Below are positions 48,860 to 63,390 of a stretch of DNA of 64,000 nucleotides, one piece after another. Both the position numbers and the translations under genes were made by a program. Numbering within the stretch: the first letter of the stretch is position 1; the number at the start of each line of letters is the position of its first letter. The stretch comes from Rhina ancylostomus (taxonomy: Eukaryota): positions 74,914,798 to 74,978,797 of the forward strand of contig JARFYF010000112.1 of the NCBI GenBank assembly GCA_030265395.1, written 5' to 3'. The notes beneath the pieces are model-generated. The model was given only the letters and a program-made list of their open reading frames with translations. It ran no database searches and was not told the origin of the DNA.

Positions 48860-49180
48860 AGAGGCGGTCATACAGCATGGAACACGGAACTTCGGCCCAT
48901 AAATCTGCACTGACCATCAAACACCCATTTACCCTAATCACAATTTTTATTTTCCTCGCATTTCCCTTGATTGCCCTAGTTTTCTAACTCTCACTTGCAC
49001 ACAAGGTGCAATTTACAGTGGCCAATTAATCCATCAACTCAACGTCTTTGGGATGTGGGAAGAAACCAGAGCACCCAAAGAACACCCATGTAGTCACATG
49101 AAAAACTTGTAGATTCCACGCAGCACTGGAGATCAGGATTGAAGCTGTGAGGCAACAGCTTTACTAGCTGCCCCATTGTG
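48860..49180 (-). mobile_element. V-SINE (HE1-like)
   Basis: gtctttgggatgtgggaagaaaccagagcaccc...caggattgaagctgtgaggcaacagc. Confidence 0.7.
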
Positions 49181-52100
49181 TCACTTTTGTGTTCCTTCTG
49201 ATTTTCTGTCATGTACATATTTGTGGCATTTGATTTCATAAACCCCAGGATCTTGTTATTTTACACACGTCCATCAGGGATCTGGATATTCAGTAACTTC
49301 TCTACTTCTCACTGTTGCCCTTTGCAAACCCTTCAGTGGTGAACCGCAAGTTGTGAATAATAAAGTTTTAAAAAAAAATTGCCTTTTTTTTCTGTCCTTT
49401 TTTATGAATGTGTTAGTTTTTGAGCCACAAGTTGGATATATCAAAAGATAAATTTTCCAGCAAGCAATCCAGTAATGGTACTCAACAATATGAAATATAA
49501 TCATAAAACTGGTTTTACAGTCACTAGAATTTTTAGATGGGTTTGCCTTTTTAGAGCTTAAGGACTGCATTATTATTAGGTTTATGGTGGTGAGCGTGTT
49601 CTACCAGTTTATAACCTGTAATAATTGTAATGCTATTTTGCATGTATTAGTTTTTGTTTAGAGAAGAAAATTTTAGTATTGCATTAAGCTGTGTGCATTA
49701 CATTTTATTAGAATCTGGAATTGTGCACAAAATTTATTGTGAAATGGGTGAAAAAGAAATTGTCAAAATACTCAGTGGATCAGGTAGCATCTGCAAAAAA
49801 AAAACAAATCCAACATTTTGGAATGATTAATCAAGCAAGTGCTGCTCAAAGGCAATCAGTATGAAATGTTGACCACTTCTCCACAGATACTGTTTGGCTT
49901 TATCTACATTTCTATTCTTTAAAATTAAAACAAAATGTTGTGATTGTTTTAAGTCTTGGAGTATTTGGGATGTATCTAATTTGTTATTGAGGACTAGTTT
50001 TGTGCCTAAACTGAAGTGCACAAATTCAGGAATTTATTTTCATAGTTGGTGGACTTTGTCTATCATCAGCATTACTTTCAACAATGAATATGAATCAAAC
50101 TCTACTGTATACAACTGAGATCATAATACATATAACAAAAAATACTATCTTATAATAAGATAGGATGGAGCACCACTATTATGAATGCATCCAAATGGCA
50201 ATTTCAACATTGAATCTATTTGCCATGAGTGTTGTGTAACTTTTGTGGGAGCATACTTGTCTTGGTTCACAACATGCAGGGTTCTAATGGTGCTCCAGCT
50301 AATCTTTGCCCACCTCTGGATTTTGTGGTGTTTATTCAGCTGGGTACTTGCGTCCAATGGGTGTGGATTGTAGAGCACATGAAACCCTCCAAGTGTATGG
50401 GACTAACTGCTGGCTGATGTAAAAATACTATATCAAAGATAAGTGCAAGATTGTTAACATACAAATCATTTTGCTTTCATATTTTCCCGAGGAAAAGTGA
50501 ACCATATACAATGCTCGTACAACAAACTATATTTTGTGTTCTTCATTATGCTGCTGCCATTATTTTTGCTTTAAAGAAAAAGTATTATCTAACAGTATGG
50601 AGATTTGTTTTGTGAATACAGGTTATGGAAAAGTATGTTGTGAAAAACAAAAACCTTGAATGAAATCTTGCACAGAATATATTGATGAGTTAATTTCCTG
50701 GCTGCCAGTGGGGCGGGGCTAGAAGTAAACCAGACTGTATGCCTTAAAAGAAAATGGGGGACATTTTCTGTGTTTATGTTGATTCCAGTGTCTATCACAG
50801 CAAATAAAGATTTATGACAAATACTAAAAAATGTTTTAATGTACTGAACATATGAATTCATAAACTTCCATATATCAGCTCTGCAATGCAAATTTTCACC
50901 TTATGTAAACATTTACTCTCTGGAGAATATCAGCTTGCAATTATCTTTCATTGCCTTTTGGAAAATGCTTTTAACTGGGGTCCTGACTGCTCTCTCAAAT
51001 AGTTAATAAAGTTTTCATTAATCAAAGCAAACAAACTTAATTTGTTCTTTTTAAAAAAAAAATTGGTTGTTGTATTTCACTAAGTGTTTCTTGGATTGAA
51101 ACAGTTCTGAACTTGTAGAAGGTGTCGGCTATATAGATGGAAACCCCTCTTCTATTGTAGATTCATTTCTTTTGGAGTTGGGGCTTATTTGCCTCCATGC
51201 ATGCAGAGCGTGATTGACTATTACCAACTTCAGTCTTAATTATGTGAGTATTCCATATTACTCACCTCTTTGACTTCTATATGTTACAGAGGCTTGTGAA
51301 GGTTTTTACCTTGCACATTGCATTTTCTGACCCAGGGTAGAGCTGTAAAGTAAATGCTTTCTGTCCTGTTTATTGCACCTCTGCCTGTAGGTAACCAATG
51401 AATACTCTTTCTGCATTCTTTCCAGAATATTAGCGCACACTTTTAAATTCATTTCACCATTCTTTTCAATTGATTCAGGCTGTTTGCAGCATTACTATGC
51501 CATTTGATTCTGAGCTGAGTAACTGATGTGCGACCTTGTTTGATTTTTGTGAAGCTAATCCACAGTTCCCTGTAGTGATCACTGCTCTTATTTCCATTTT
51601 TTTTCTCCCAACTACCCCTCTTTCATTTCGACCCTCCAGTTTGGAAGCATTTGACCATCTAACTTTGTTTCGTTCTTTGGCGTCCATTTAGCAAATTGTC
51701 AGTGGAGTATTTTTACTTCCATATAAACTTTGAAATGTGAGCAAATTCTTAATACCTGCTATTTCTTTTAATCATCAGCCTACAGTGTTCTTAAGTCCTT
51801 CGTCATTTTTTTCCTCACCTCTATTAGTTTATTTTCTGGATATTTTAACATTTCCAGCTACAAAAGGAGAAGCTTTTTCCTTACTGAAGCTGGCAGCAGG
51901 TGGAATTTGTGATGGTTGGTGATTAGGAGTAGGTACAGAATGCATTAAATTAATTTCAAGATTCTTTTGAAAAGGTGAGTTTATATTGCAACTATTAACT
52001 ATATTGTGATACTCCACTATTTCAATAGTGTTCTTGGAACTGATTTTTTTCTTTCACTATTCAATAATCATGCTATAATTGATTTAACTTCAATCTGTCT

Positions 52101-53170
52101 TCAAATGTGCCTTGGTCCAAATCTCCCTTCATAACACACAACGTAGTATTTTTGTATCTCCATTTACTCAACCTAAACATTTGCCAGTTTAGTACTGAGG
52201 TGGCATAGACTCATGGATGGATAGTAAAGCTATTAAATACCACATCACAAGCAAACAAAACAAATCCACTTTCCAGGAAGATTTTTTTTGCATTTGAACT
52301 TTATTTCAGGCCTCAAGTGTGGGAACAAGGTGCAAGAACCAAGGAAAATGAAGGGAACAAGCCAAATGTATGCACAGTTCATATGTAGAGTAAAGCATTG
52401 TAAAGATAAAGGGATGTTCTGCATTAACTACTCTTGCACTTCTGGGGGGAGGGAAAAATCAATATTCCTGAAATTTATTTTGATAAATTCTCCACTCTGC
52501 AACAACTATTTAAGCAGAAACAGGTTTTTTTTTTGTAACTTTTTTGATTGTAGTTGTTTCATCTTTCATCATGATACTGCCAGTCCAATAATTTACAATA
52601 GAAGCTGCAAAATCTTCATGCAAGAGTTTCGTTATATATTTAAAATATTGCAAGAGTACTTGTATTCAAACCAGTGATTTGGTGGCTTCAAAACTAAAGT
52701 GAACCTTTATGTTACTGTGTTGGTGTCCCCTAGTTGTCAGATTTTCGGACATCCAAAGCCAGCCCAAAAGGGAAATTGACTTCATTTGTTCATGGGCTGA
52801 TGTGGCCAGCACTTGTCTATTTCTTAATTGGTCTTGGAACTGAGTGGCTTGCTGAGTTATCTGCCTCCGAAATGAGACAATTGCATTGGTTGTACCCAAA
52901 GTCACAAGCCAGACAAGGTGAGGAAGATATTTCCTTCCATTGAATACATTGGCCAACTAGATTAGTATTAACAAAAAACACTTCACTGGGCACTAATATT
53001 GATATTCTCTATTTATTTCAGATTTACTAACATATTACCATGGTAGGACTCAAACACATTTGTGAATCATTAATCTAGCTATTTGCCAATCAGATCTTTG
53101 AAAACAATGTTTCAATCAGAAAGATGATGGCAGTTATATGAATGGTAATATATTTAGGAAGTGACAATGA

Positions 53171-53243
53171 AAATAGGATGGAATTCTTGTAGAAAAAGTT
53201 TGTGGCAATGTTAAACCTTTTCTACAAGAATTCCATCCTATTT
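53171..53243. repeat. Near-perfect inverted repeat (31-bp stem, 11-nt loop)
   Basis: AAATAGGATGGAATTCTTGTAGAAAAAGTTT (53171-53201) pairs with AAACCTTTTCTACAAGAATTCCATCCTATTT (53213-53243): 26 perfect pairs, one mismatch, then 4 more pairs. Confidence 0.9.
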
Positions 53244-56200
53244 CCTTTGTTCATGGTCTTTTAAATTCATTCTAGGTGAGTAATATTTTGACTATAGCCA
53301 ATAAGATGTTTACAATAAGAAAATAATGGGGATTTACTCACATGAAATGAATGACTGACTCATAAAGGTGCAGCTTATTTCTATGCACTTTTCTGTAAAA
53401 TTTAATATTTCAAATATCTTTTCTGTTGAATTTTACATTGCATCTTCAAGCAGCAAAGATGGGTATTTTTGTTGCAGTTAATGACATTTCTGCATAAAAA
53501 TGGCATTTTCATACAAACTTTTTTGTCCTCTTGGATCCATCCTTGTCATGTACATTCTGGTCAAGAAATCCTGCTCTTGTTCTGATATTTAAAAACAAAT
53601 GGTTACATTAAGGTGTTCAAAAATAAAAGGTATTTAGAGCACTTTCTATTTTATCATTAAATGTATTTTTCATTCAAATAGCCACCAATTGGTAAAAATC
53701 CTTTATTCTTCTTGAATTGATTGTGTATTGCATAATTTTTCCTGAAATCAAGGTTATTTTAGTAAAGAAATTAAACTACTCTGTCAGAATGTAAGAAATC
53801 AGTTATGGAAATTTCAGATTTTGACATTGGACATTTCTGATCATTATTTCCTTTTTTTTCTTCTACCCCCACATTTTGATATTTTGCTTTGTTTTCTTAA
53901 ATAAAACCCCTGTTTATCCATTAAGAATGCATCAGTTATTTGAATCATCTTTTTTGTGGAGGAGTACACACGACTTGTTCTGAAGGATAACTGTAAAGGA
54001 TCTCAATCACTTGAATTGACATTATCAAATTTGGACATTTATTTTAGAAAATGTCAATTGACACTTTGAAAAATTGTTATCCTTCATTATTGTGCTTGAA
54101 TCTTAAGTTGTACTTTAAGTGGAGAGTAAAGAATTAGCAATTGATGAATTACTTTTTCCTCTGATTATAGTCTTCCCCAAGTGACTTTCTTGGCACTGTA
54201 TTATGGTAATACATAATTTCTTTGTTTTTTTTTCCTCTTCCCCATGGTTCCTCCCCACCCCCCTGCATTTTCAGTGATCATGTGTTTGGAATCCTCAAAT
54301 TCCTTTGCCACTTTCGTTCTTATGAAAGCAGATTTGGCAGCCTAATTGTTCACTGATTATGGTCCACAACATCCTATTCAATATGGATAAGTAAATCTGT
54401 CAAAATCTGTTAATATATTTAACATCCAACCTCCTGAAATTTTACTGCTTTCAACCTTGAGCTGTTCTAGCAACTTCTGGATCCCATTTGTTGCACATTA
54501 TCCTGTCGTGGTTTTTGAAATATCAAATCTCTCATTCCCAATCTTTGAATTTTCGCTATCACATTGATATTATTGTTTATCTGTATCTGAACTGGCAGTT
54601 CTATTAAGTGCTACGCGCAGTGCTGAAGCTCCCCTTTCTGAAGCACCAAATAATGAGGAGGAGCTGCAAAGTACGTCATACTAGTGCCTGAGAAATCACT
54701 GCTATTCTGCTACTGTGGACAGGTGCATCTGACGCAAATAGCAAGCCAACCTGTTACAGCTGTTGGGAAGCTACAAGGTCATATAAACACCTCCTGCAAG
54801 AATACTTGTATCAGATATCACTACAAATCTGTGAATCTGAATTGCAGTTAAAATTGTACCAATTAGATAAAATGCTGTGCCGTTTTGGGTGCCCTAAATT
54901 TCTGAAGATTGTTCTGAGCCTTGCATTACTGCTTTTAAAGTGCTTCAATGAGGATTAAACTCAGTACCCACATAGGTTTGTACTCAATGTACACCCATTT
55001 TAAAAAGCTGTCCAGCACATGGTACACCATGTTTTTGGTATGATTTGATAGGTTTTTTGTACAAGTAAAATGCAAGACTAGTAACAATTTTTTTTCCTAT
55101 CATACTTCTACATCTTGTATATAGATGTATACAATTATATATAGATTGTACATTGACTGAAAACAATGGAGCAAGTTAAAAATGATTATATCAGAAGCCT
55201 ACAAACCTAAGAAAGGGAAGAGCTTGGAATATAAGTCATGAAGACAAGTCGGGAGAATATACAGAAAGTTACTAATGTTTTTTTTGAATCTCTTCAATAT
55301 AAAGATTACCAAAGTCAAGGCAGACTTGAATGATTAAATTTACTTGGCCTTAATGACTTCCCTTGTATCAAGGTGGATCCATTTCAAAAGCAAGGACTAT
55401 CTAGTTTTTCAAGATTTTAGTCATTTGTTTGATTACTTTCCAAATGTTAATATTGCCTTCATTCTTTGACATTGGCCCAAATTTTCCTGTCAGTAACAAT
55501 GAGACTAATTGTCATTTTATTTAAACGTGAAAATGGCTCTCCAACTTCAGGTAAGGGGCAGGTGCACAATTAGGCAACAGTGGTCTGTCATGTTTAGTGT
55601 TGAAACAACTGAAATGGTATTCACTTACAGGATTTGTGTGCTAGATACAAATTAAATCTGACATAAGCTGAGTTTGGGCTAGGCATTCTGTTTCTGCTTC
55701 TAACAAAATTGTAATTGGTCATAGCTGTAATCTCTCTGAAACTGAAACTAGGTTTTAAAGTCTCTCAATTTCATTGTTGAGCTGTAAAACAATGCCTTCA
55801 AGTGTTCTTTTCTTTTTATCTACCTCATTTGATAATGAGTTAATCCATTGTAATTTATGCTTAGTTCTTGGGATATTAATTTTCCTTAACTGATTACTGT
55901 ATCTTAAACAATAATTGCATTATTAAATTATGGGCTCTATGCTTAATTTTTGCAGATTAACTATTCTACTGCAGCAAAACTGAGCCCAATTGGTTTCTTT
56001 TCTGGAATTGTGAATACTATTATTTATAGTTAGGGTAATTCAGCTTTAGTGCAGTATTAAGCACATGCTTCACCGTCGGAGGTTCTATCTTTTGGATTAG
56101 ATACTATAACAAAGTAGTGTGTCTCAGCTGGATATTAAAAATCCCTCCATATGCTGGCCAATACTTAACCTTCAGATGTTATTCCTTAAGTATCTGTTAA

Positions 56201-59200
56201 CTTCTCTCATTGTTTGCTGAACCATATTGGAATACCATCCTTCTCATCTTCTAACACTGACTACAAAGTACTTAAGTGCCTTGTAAAGCCTTTTGGACAT
56301 TTTGATGTGATAGAATCTAAATGAATGCAAGTTCTTTCTTTGCAAGGGGACACAGTTCAAGCACTGCTAAAGATATTCATGAATACACAGGAAGGAAAGC
56401 TTTGGATAAATAAAGAACATTTATTTGTATGTTTTTTTTCTCTTGGGTTGGACTTAAAAAAAAACTAAGAAAACCAGTTACTTCAAATACTGATTCAAAT
56501 TGTAAACATTAGTTACAGCAACATTACAGAAGAATTATCAACTGCAGTGTCAGAATTTCATGTTTATCACTGACTTCAGGGTGAGTTAATGTGAAAAGGA
56601 CTTGTGTACTCTGCCTCCCTATATCACTAACCCTACTGTGCCACCTCTTTTGCAAAACTACTTGCTTCCAGATACTGATACTTTTCTCTCAGAACTGTTG
56701 TAATGTGGAAAACTTAGATTTGATTCTGCAGTGTTACCAAGCTATAGTCTTGTTTGCTTTTGCTAGCCACCACCACCCCCCATCCACTGTAATTGGCAAA
56801 TCACTATAATCCAATTAATTACTATGCCCATCACAGTTTTGCTGTATCCTTCCCTTCTTAAAAAAAACAATATTAGATAGTGGATTAGGTAATGACCAGC
56901 ACCAGTCATTTGTGATGTGCTTCCTTTTGCTTGTTTAATGTGTTAAATTGATGGACATGCCCATTATTTGTAAAAGATCAGTGATACAGCCAAAAGGAGA
57001 CTTTCCCAAGTATTTTGGCCAATATTTGTTGCTTGTCTCAAAACAGATTTAATTGCTTGCTTATTATATTTCCGCATTGTGCCACGTTGCTGTGTCCAAA
57101 TTATCTACTGTTTTATTTAACATACTAACAATAACTATAAAAAAAATTAAGCTGGCAAATGCACTGGGCAGTTCTGACATTATAAAAGGCATTCCAATAA
57201 GTGCATTATTTTGGTGTTGATTATTTCATGATCCTTTAATTTTGATTCTTAAAGCCAGAATAAAATAGAGATTGGTAAATGTGACATAAATGCTAAGTAG
57301 AGTACAGAATTGAACTATTAAAATACCATGTAATAAAACGGAAGTTAATTTCTCATACTGTTACTGTATGGTATATTAAATAACACCTGTAGAACAGCGT
57401 ATTCTTGAGTTGTGTTTAATTATATTTGTTGGGGCAGATTTTTTTGGTACTGATTTCCTGTATGCACATTTAACTCTTATCAAATATTTTAAAATTGTGA
57501 AGAATATAGGGCAAGTGAAATTTACAGAGTAACTTCTTCCTTCAAATTAAAAATCTTATTAAGAAGCCAAAGGTCCTTGGTGGCAACCTGTGTGCAGGGT
57601 GAGGTTTGGGACTTCCACAATAGCTTGACTGATTTTCTATGATCAGCTGATTTAATGTTGGATGGCTTAGGTTAAAACTGCCAGGAATTGAGTTTCCGAT
57701 TAAGAATGCATGTGTATCCTGCTTCAGGATTTAGTGTTAATAGCATTTTAAATTACTGGCCAATTCAGATCAATTAAGGGAATGAAATCACAAGCAGCAT
57801 GGAACAGTGCCATGCATGGTGGAAATTTTGTTTGCTTACAAGTTGAAGATTCTTCTGCAAAAGTTAAGTCAAAGAAAGATGGTCTATATGTTGAGCAAAA
57901 GCTGAAGATTCATGATTACAGCACAAAGGAAATGGAGGGTGGTAACTATAGCATTGAATCATAAGTTAGATGACTTATTATCTAACAGTATTTACCTAAC
58001 AATGTTGTGAACGTGAAAGAATGCAGCTCAATATAGTGACAGAATAATGCACTGCACATTACTGTTGTAAATTTGATGATGGTATTTTTTATCAGTGACA
58101 ATGTTATGGCAAACTTTCTGAAACATGAAGGATACCATACTTACTATAATTCCTGTTTCTATTACATTTCCTATGTTGTAATTTGTATCGATTGGGTGAT
58201 TTTTATTAAACCGGTAAATTGTAACTTAAAATTCTTTCCAACAGTAGAGGTTCTGAATTTCCTGACTGGGGTTGTCTTCACTCGCTGCCTTTGTTGCACA
58301 AAATTTAAGTGCTTTGGATCTGCATGGCCCATCACACTGACGTAGACCATCCCAGAGCTAAATGGTGAGGTGCTGAGTTTTTCTGATGATCACCACTATC
58401 CCCTGGTGCTTCTGATAGGTGATGATGGATGGGTGAGATCAAGCCTGACTATAAAACTCCAATGAAAATGTTCAACTAACAAAACACTTCCCAGCTTTGC
58501 TATTTGTCAAACATGTATATAAACTATAACCTGCCTTATTCTTTCATCCCTGCTTAGATGAACGGAAACCAGTTTTAACTAAGAATGGATTTGTCATTGT
58601 AAATACTGGGGAATCTTTGGAAGTTCCTGCTCCTCCACTGGACTTCATGGGTAGTGCATTGACAGACTACAACCAGGAAATTGGTAGCAGAGCTAGGCCA
58701 GTACGGCTGCAGCTTGCACATACCCATCTGCAACCTGAAATTTACCAGCACTTGCATGTAAAGAACTACTAGCAAAATCAGCACCAATGACATTTATTTG
58801 ACATGTATAGGGAAACTTCCACCAACAACAGAAAATATTCTACTAGAGTAGAAATATGGAGGATGAATTTTAATATATAGTTTTGCAGGGCTTTGCAACC
58901 ACTTCAAGGAATATTCACAGTTGTTTGATTTAAGCATGTGGGCATCTGTGAAATTGAACTAGGAACCTGAGTTCATTGTATGGGGAAAGGTTTGTGCCCT
59001 CAAGTATCATTGATGTTAAATTGTGAGAAGATGAAAAATGATGGCACTCAGTAGAAAGTGCCATCTCAGTTCTCTCAAATAGATGTTACACGATGGTGCA
59101 TTTTTAGGGAAAATGTAACAATTCCATGAAATGGTACCCTGTATTCATACCAAAAGGCAAGGATTTCGTTTGTATACTTGCTAATGGCCTTGTGTACTTG

Positions 59201-62089
59201 AAATACAATGCAAGGCAGTTATTTTGGAAAGTATGTGCTACTGCTTTTGCTTTAAATAATATAGGTGCGCTGCCTGATGTAATTGAAACAAGTAACATAT
59301 ACACGTGTTGGCAACAGATTGGCTAATGTTGATAGAATCCAATTCTAGCCAATCAGTAATGTGCATTGTTAAGAAGAGTTTTTTTTCCCCCAATAGTGTA
59401 TCAAATTGGCAGTGGATTGGTGGTCAGTCATTTAGTGGTTGAAGTTCAAGATGTTTCTTGAAAGAATTTTGGGGTCTGGCTCTGCGGAATTCTGAAGGAA
59501 GTGAAATCAGCATTTACTATGTATGTTTGTCAATTTCAGCATAAGAATTGCAATCTATTGGATGTGCAGAACACCAATTTACATATTAAGTATGGAATAT
59601 TGCCAGTTTTAAATGGAAGCGATGGGTTCCTTAATTGCATTCTCACTTACTGGTTGCTTGTATGAGTAAAACCTGATGGTTTGTGGTTAAAAATACTTGT
59701 GCCCTCATTGGTCAGTCTTGTCACTGCTAGATGTGGATTGGCTGCAAGCGTCTCAAAATGAAAGAGATTCCAAGCAGCTTTCAGAGACAACATTCATGAG
59801 TAGATTTTTTTTGTTTTGAAAGCTTTAAGGTAAGCAGGATTGGGATATGGCTTGGGAGACATGGTCTGTTGGATCCCTGCAAATTTTTGTTGTCAATTAC
59901 TCCTAGATTGGTGCTCCAACTACTTGACCTGGACTCATTATTTTCACTGGACAATCCTTACTTCAGCTGTATTCAAAACTTTTCAAGCTTGTTACCTCAT
60001 TGGTTCTGATCATATTTGTCTTGAAAAATTAGTTATTGAAATTTTTACTCTCTGCAAAACTTAACTCTTTTGGCTAGTGACTCAGCTGTTCTCAATTGCT
60101 GATTTGTTTTTTGTGATCTAAATCATAAAGTTGCAACTATTCTACAAAGCTGTATCTTTACTATTTATTCTCAACTATACTGCATTGATATTTTCTACAT
60201 TCTCAATCCATGTTAGGTATCAATGATTATTCTGAATCCCTTTTTGGAGTTATTAATCTCTTGATATATTTATGGTCCTTACATATTGGTAGCCCCAAAT
60301 TAAATGGATGTACCTTCCCTGTACTCCATCAAATGCATTCATAATTTTAAAAATTCTACTGGGTTGCCCATTGTCTTTTTAGACAGGGCAATTTCTTCAG
60401 AGATGTAGCACCAGGTGTTGCTTCTTGTAACTAAGTGGCCATCTACAGACACCAATGAATGAGGAAGCTTTGTATGTGGATGGGCTTTGTATGTGGAAAA
60501 CTGTTCTGCTTTCCTGAGGCATAAGAGATGGGCAGCTGCCGCCTTTGAGGGGTGTGCATCTTAAATGAGATGGGATCTCTTTGAATTGACCTGATTTGCA
60601 AGCTTTCTTAATCTTAAGGAATCCAAGCAGCTGAAACAAGGTGAGAGCAGCTCTGGGGAGATCTCATATGTATGCAATACTTACGGCATTGGTAATGATT
60701 CAGGAGAACTTGGAAGGCTCTCCTTACGCTCTCAGTGTGTCCAATTCCTTAGATTTTCCCACTGCAAACCCATAAGAATTGGATAAACCTTATTGGTTCT
60801 GGAGTGAGTGTTTCCAGCATTCTCTCTTCTCTTCCCTCACAGGACTCGCACACATCCCAGTCCTGTATCCACGGCTAGTTTCAGGCAATGGATGCATACT
60901 GCTGGGAATGTGGTGGATAGAGTAGTTTCTGGGGCTCAGCATTGTGGGTAGGGAGACACTGCCTGACTGGAAGCCAAGTCTATCATTAATAAAAGCTGCA
61001 TTCTAAACTAAATCAAGTGGGTATTGCCTGACTTCTCAGTATCCATCTAAAACTTGCCAAGCTTTCGTCTACACAGCTCATTTCAGTAAATCATTCAAAA
61101 CCTGATCTTATTTGCACCTGTTCTGTACATTCTTTAAACATTACATAGCTGTGTTCACCATTCTCTATTCAAGTACAGCAAACTAAATAGTTTTCTTCCT
61201 AGTAGCTTATTAACATACCTCGTTTTCACTGATGTTCCATTTATTACTACATGGCATCAAGAGTTTCATCTTGTTTCTGATGACTATTAGAATGAGCAAA
61301 CGCTTGGGTTTGTCACTCTGGCTGGCCTTCCACTGCAGCAAGGCAAGCCTGAGCCACCCTTTGATTACCCAGCAGTATTCATCAGCTCCAGGAATTAGCT
61401 GTACAATGATGAAGTGCAAATCTGAAGTTGCTAAAGGATTAAATAACTGGCAATGTTCTTGAGCAGCTTCCCTAATGCCCTTTTGTGGTAGACCACCTTC
61501 TTGATCTTTTTCTACCTTGAATCCAGTAAATTAGTTGGCTGTTTGGACAACTCTTAAAATGTGCTGATGAAACCTATGTAAAACTCCCAATTGGTCAGTT
61601 GAGAAGAGGTACAATGAAAGCCTTTATGCAGTTAAATTTCTGCTTGCTAATGCTCCATGGTGCAACCCCCTGTGACTTCACCAGAGACTGATTTGCTTTC
61701 TTGCCTGCTCTGACTGTTGAGATGATATTAGTTGACATCCTCTGAATTTTAAATCTAGTCATAGACTGCTGCATCTTTATCTATAATTGGGTTTGGTTCT
61801 TATTTAATATTAATGTAGAAAGTAGGGCAATGGATCAGAAGTGATTGTTATGGGCAGAAACCCAACCCATCCCTATTTTCTTGCCATTAGCCCACTCATC
61901 CTCTACTTTCCTGCTACCTTTTGGACTGGTGTGCATTTTTCTGTAGATCTGAGTTGATATCTGTCCAGACCAAGGTGGCATCGATGGTGTGAAAGGCCTC
62001 GGTCTGCATGTATTTTTTTTCAAGATCCATGTTTGAACTATGCAGGTTGCCATATTTGTTTCATTGAAAGGCCATCATGGTAAATGTAG

Positions 62090-63390
62090 AAGCACATAAG
62101 TTGGAATAGGAGGATGACATTAGTCTCCTGTTCCTGCATTCTCCCTATATCTCTTGCTCCCTTTATCCCAAGAACAATATCTCAGTCCTCAAACATATTT
62201 AATAATTTGTCTTCAACTACTTGCTATGGTAACAAATTCCAGAGCCTCGCCACTGTGAAGATTTTTTTCCTCACCTCAGCCTTGCATGGCTTATACCTTG
62301 TGCTTTGACTATGACCACTGGTCCTGGACTCCCCAGCCATCTGGAACAGCATTCCTGTATTTTCAAGTCCTGATGGAATTTTGTAGGTTTCTGTGATGTT
62401 CCCTTCTGTTTTTCTAAAGTTTAATGAATATTGGCCTAAATGACCCATTCTCTCTTAATATGTCAGTCCTGCCATCCCAGAATCAGTCTGGTATACCCTT
62501 GGAGACCTGCATTGCAAGAACATCTATCCTTGGATAAGGAGACCAAAACTGCACACAGCACTCAAGGTGTGATTTCATCAAGGCTTTGTACAATTCCAGC
62601 AAGACATTCCTGGTCCATTACTTGAATCTGCTTGCTATGAAGGCCAACATACCATTTGCTTCCTTAAGTGCCTGTGCATGCTTACTTTTGACTGGTGCAC
62701 AAGGATGCCCAGGTCTCATTACACTTCACCATTTTCCTAACGCATTGCTGTTAAAATAATAATTTTCCTTCCTGTTAACGCTTCAACCTGTACAAATCAC
62801 ACTAACTTCTCTGCATCCCATTTCCCCCATCCCTTTTGTGTTGTCTATAAACTTCCCTCATCCTAAGTCACGTTGTGAATAGCTGGGGTCCTAGCACTTA
62901 TTCCACTAGCCACTGTCCGCCACTCCAGAAAAACCTGTTTATTCCCATTCTTCACCACCTGATGACCAACCAGTTCCCTGCCTATATATGTTATGGCCAA
63001 TCCCACTTGCTTTAATTTTGCGTGTCAATCATAATAACAAAAGCTTTCTGGAAGTACACCAGATTACTGGTTCTCATAATTTTTCCTGCTACTTAATCCT
63101 CATTAAATACCAGTAGGATTGTCAAGTATGACTTCCCTTTCATTATTCCATGTCAACTTTACCTGATCCTATCACATTTCTCCAAGTGTCCTGCTAATAC
63201 ATCTTTTATGATGCACTCTAGCATTTTCCCTCTACTGCCCTCTGGGCTAACTTATCTCTAATTCCCCACTTTCTTTCTACCTCTTTTAAACAGTCCGGCT
63301 GTTTTCCAATCCAGTGGAATCAGTTTAAAGGATGTTGGAAAATAACCACCAATGCCTCTGCTATTTCTAGGGCAACTTCCTGAAGTGCTG
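62090..63390 (-). mobile_element. CR1 LINE fragment
   Basis: The reverse strand has a PHLECCVQFWSPYPRID-like motif (ggataaggagaccaaaactgcacacagcactcaaggtgtg) and further RT-like blocks. Confidence 0.75.

Noticed and set aside
60400-61020. GC-richer block ending in AATAAA, possibly an LTR or terminal exon
   Set aside because: No TG...CA termini, TSD or reading frame could be identified.
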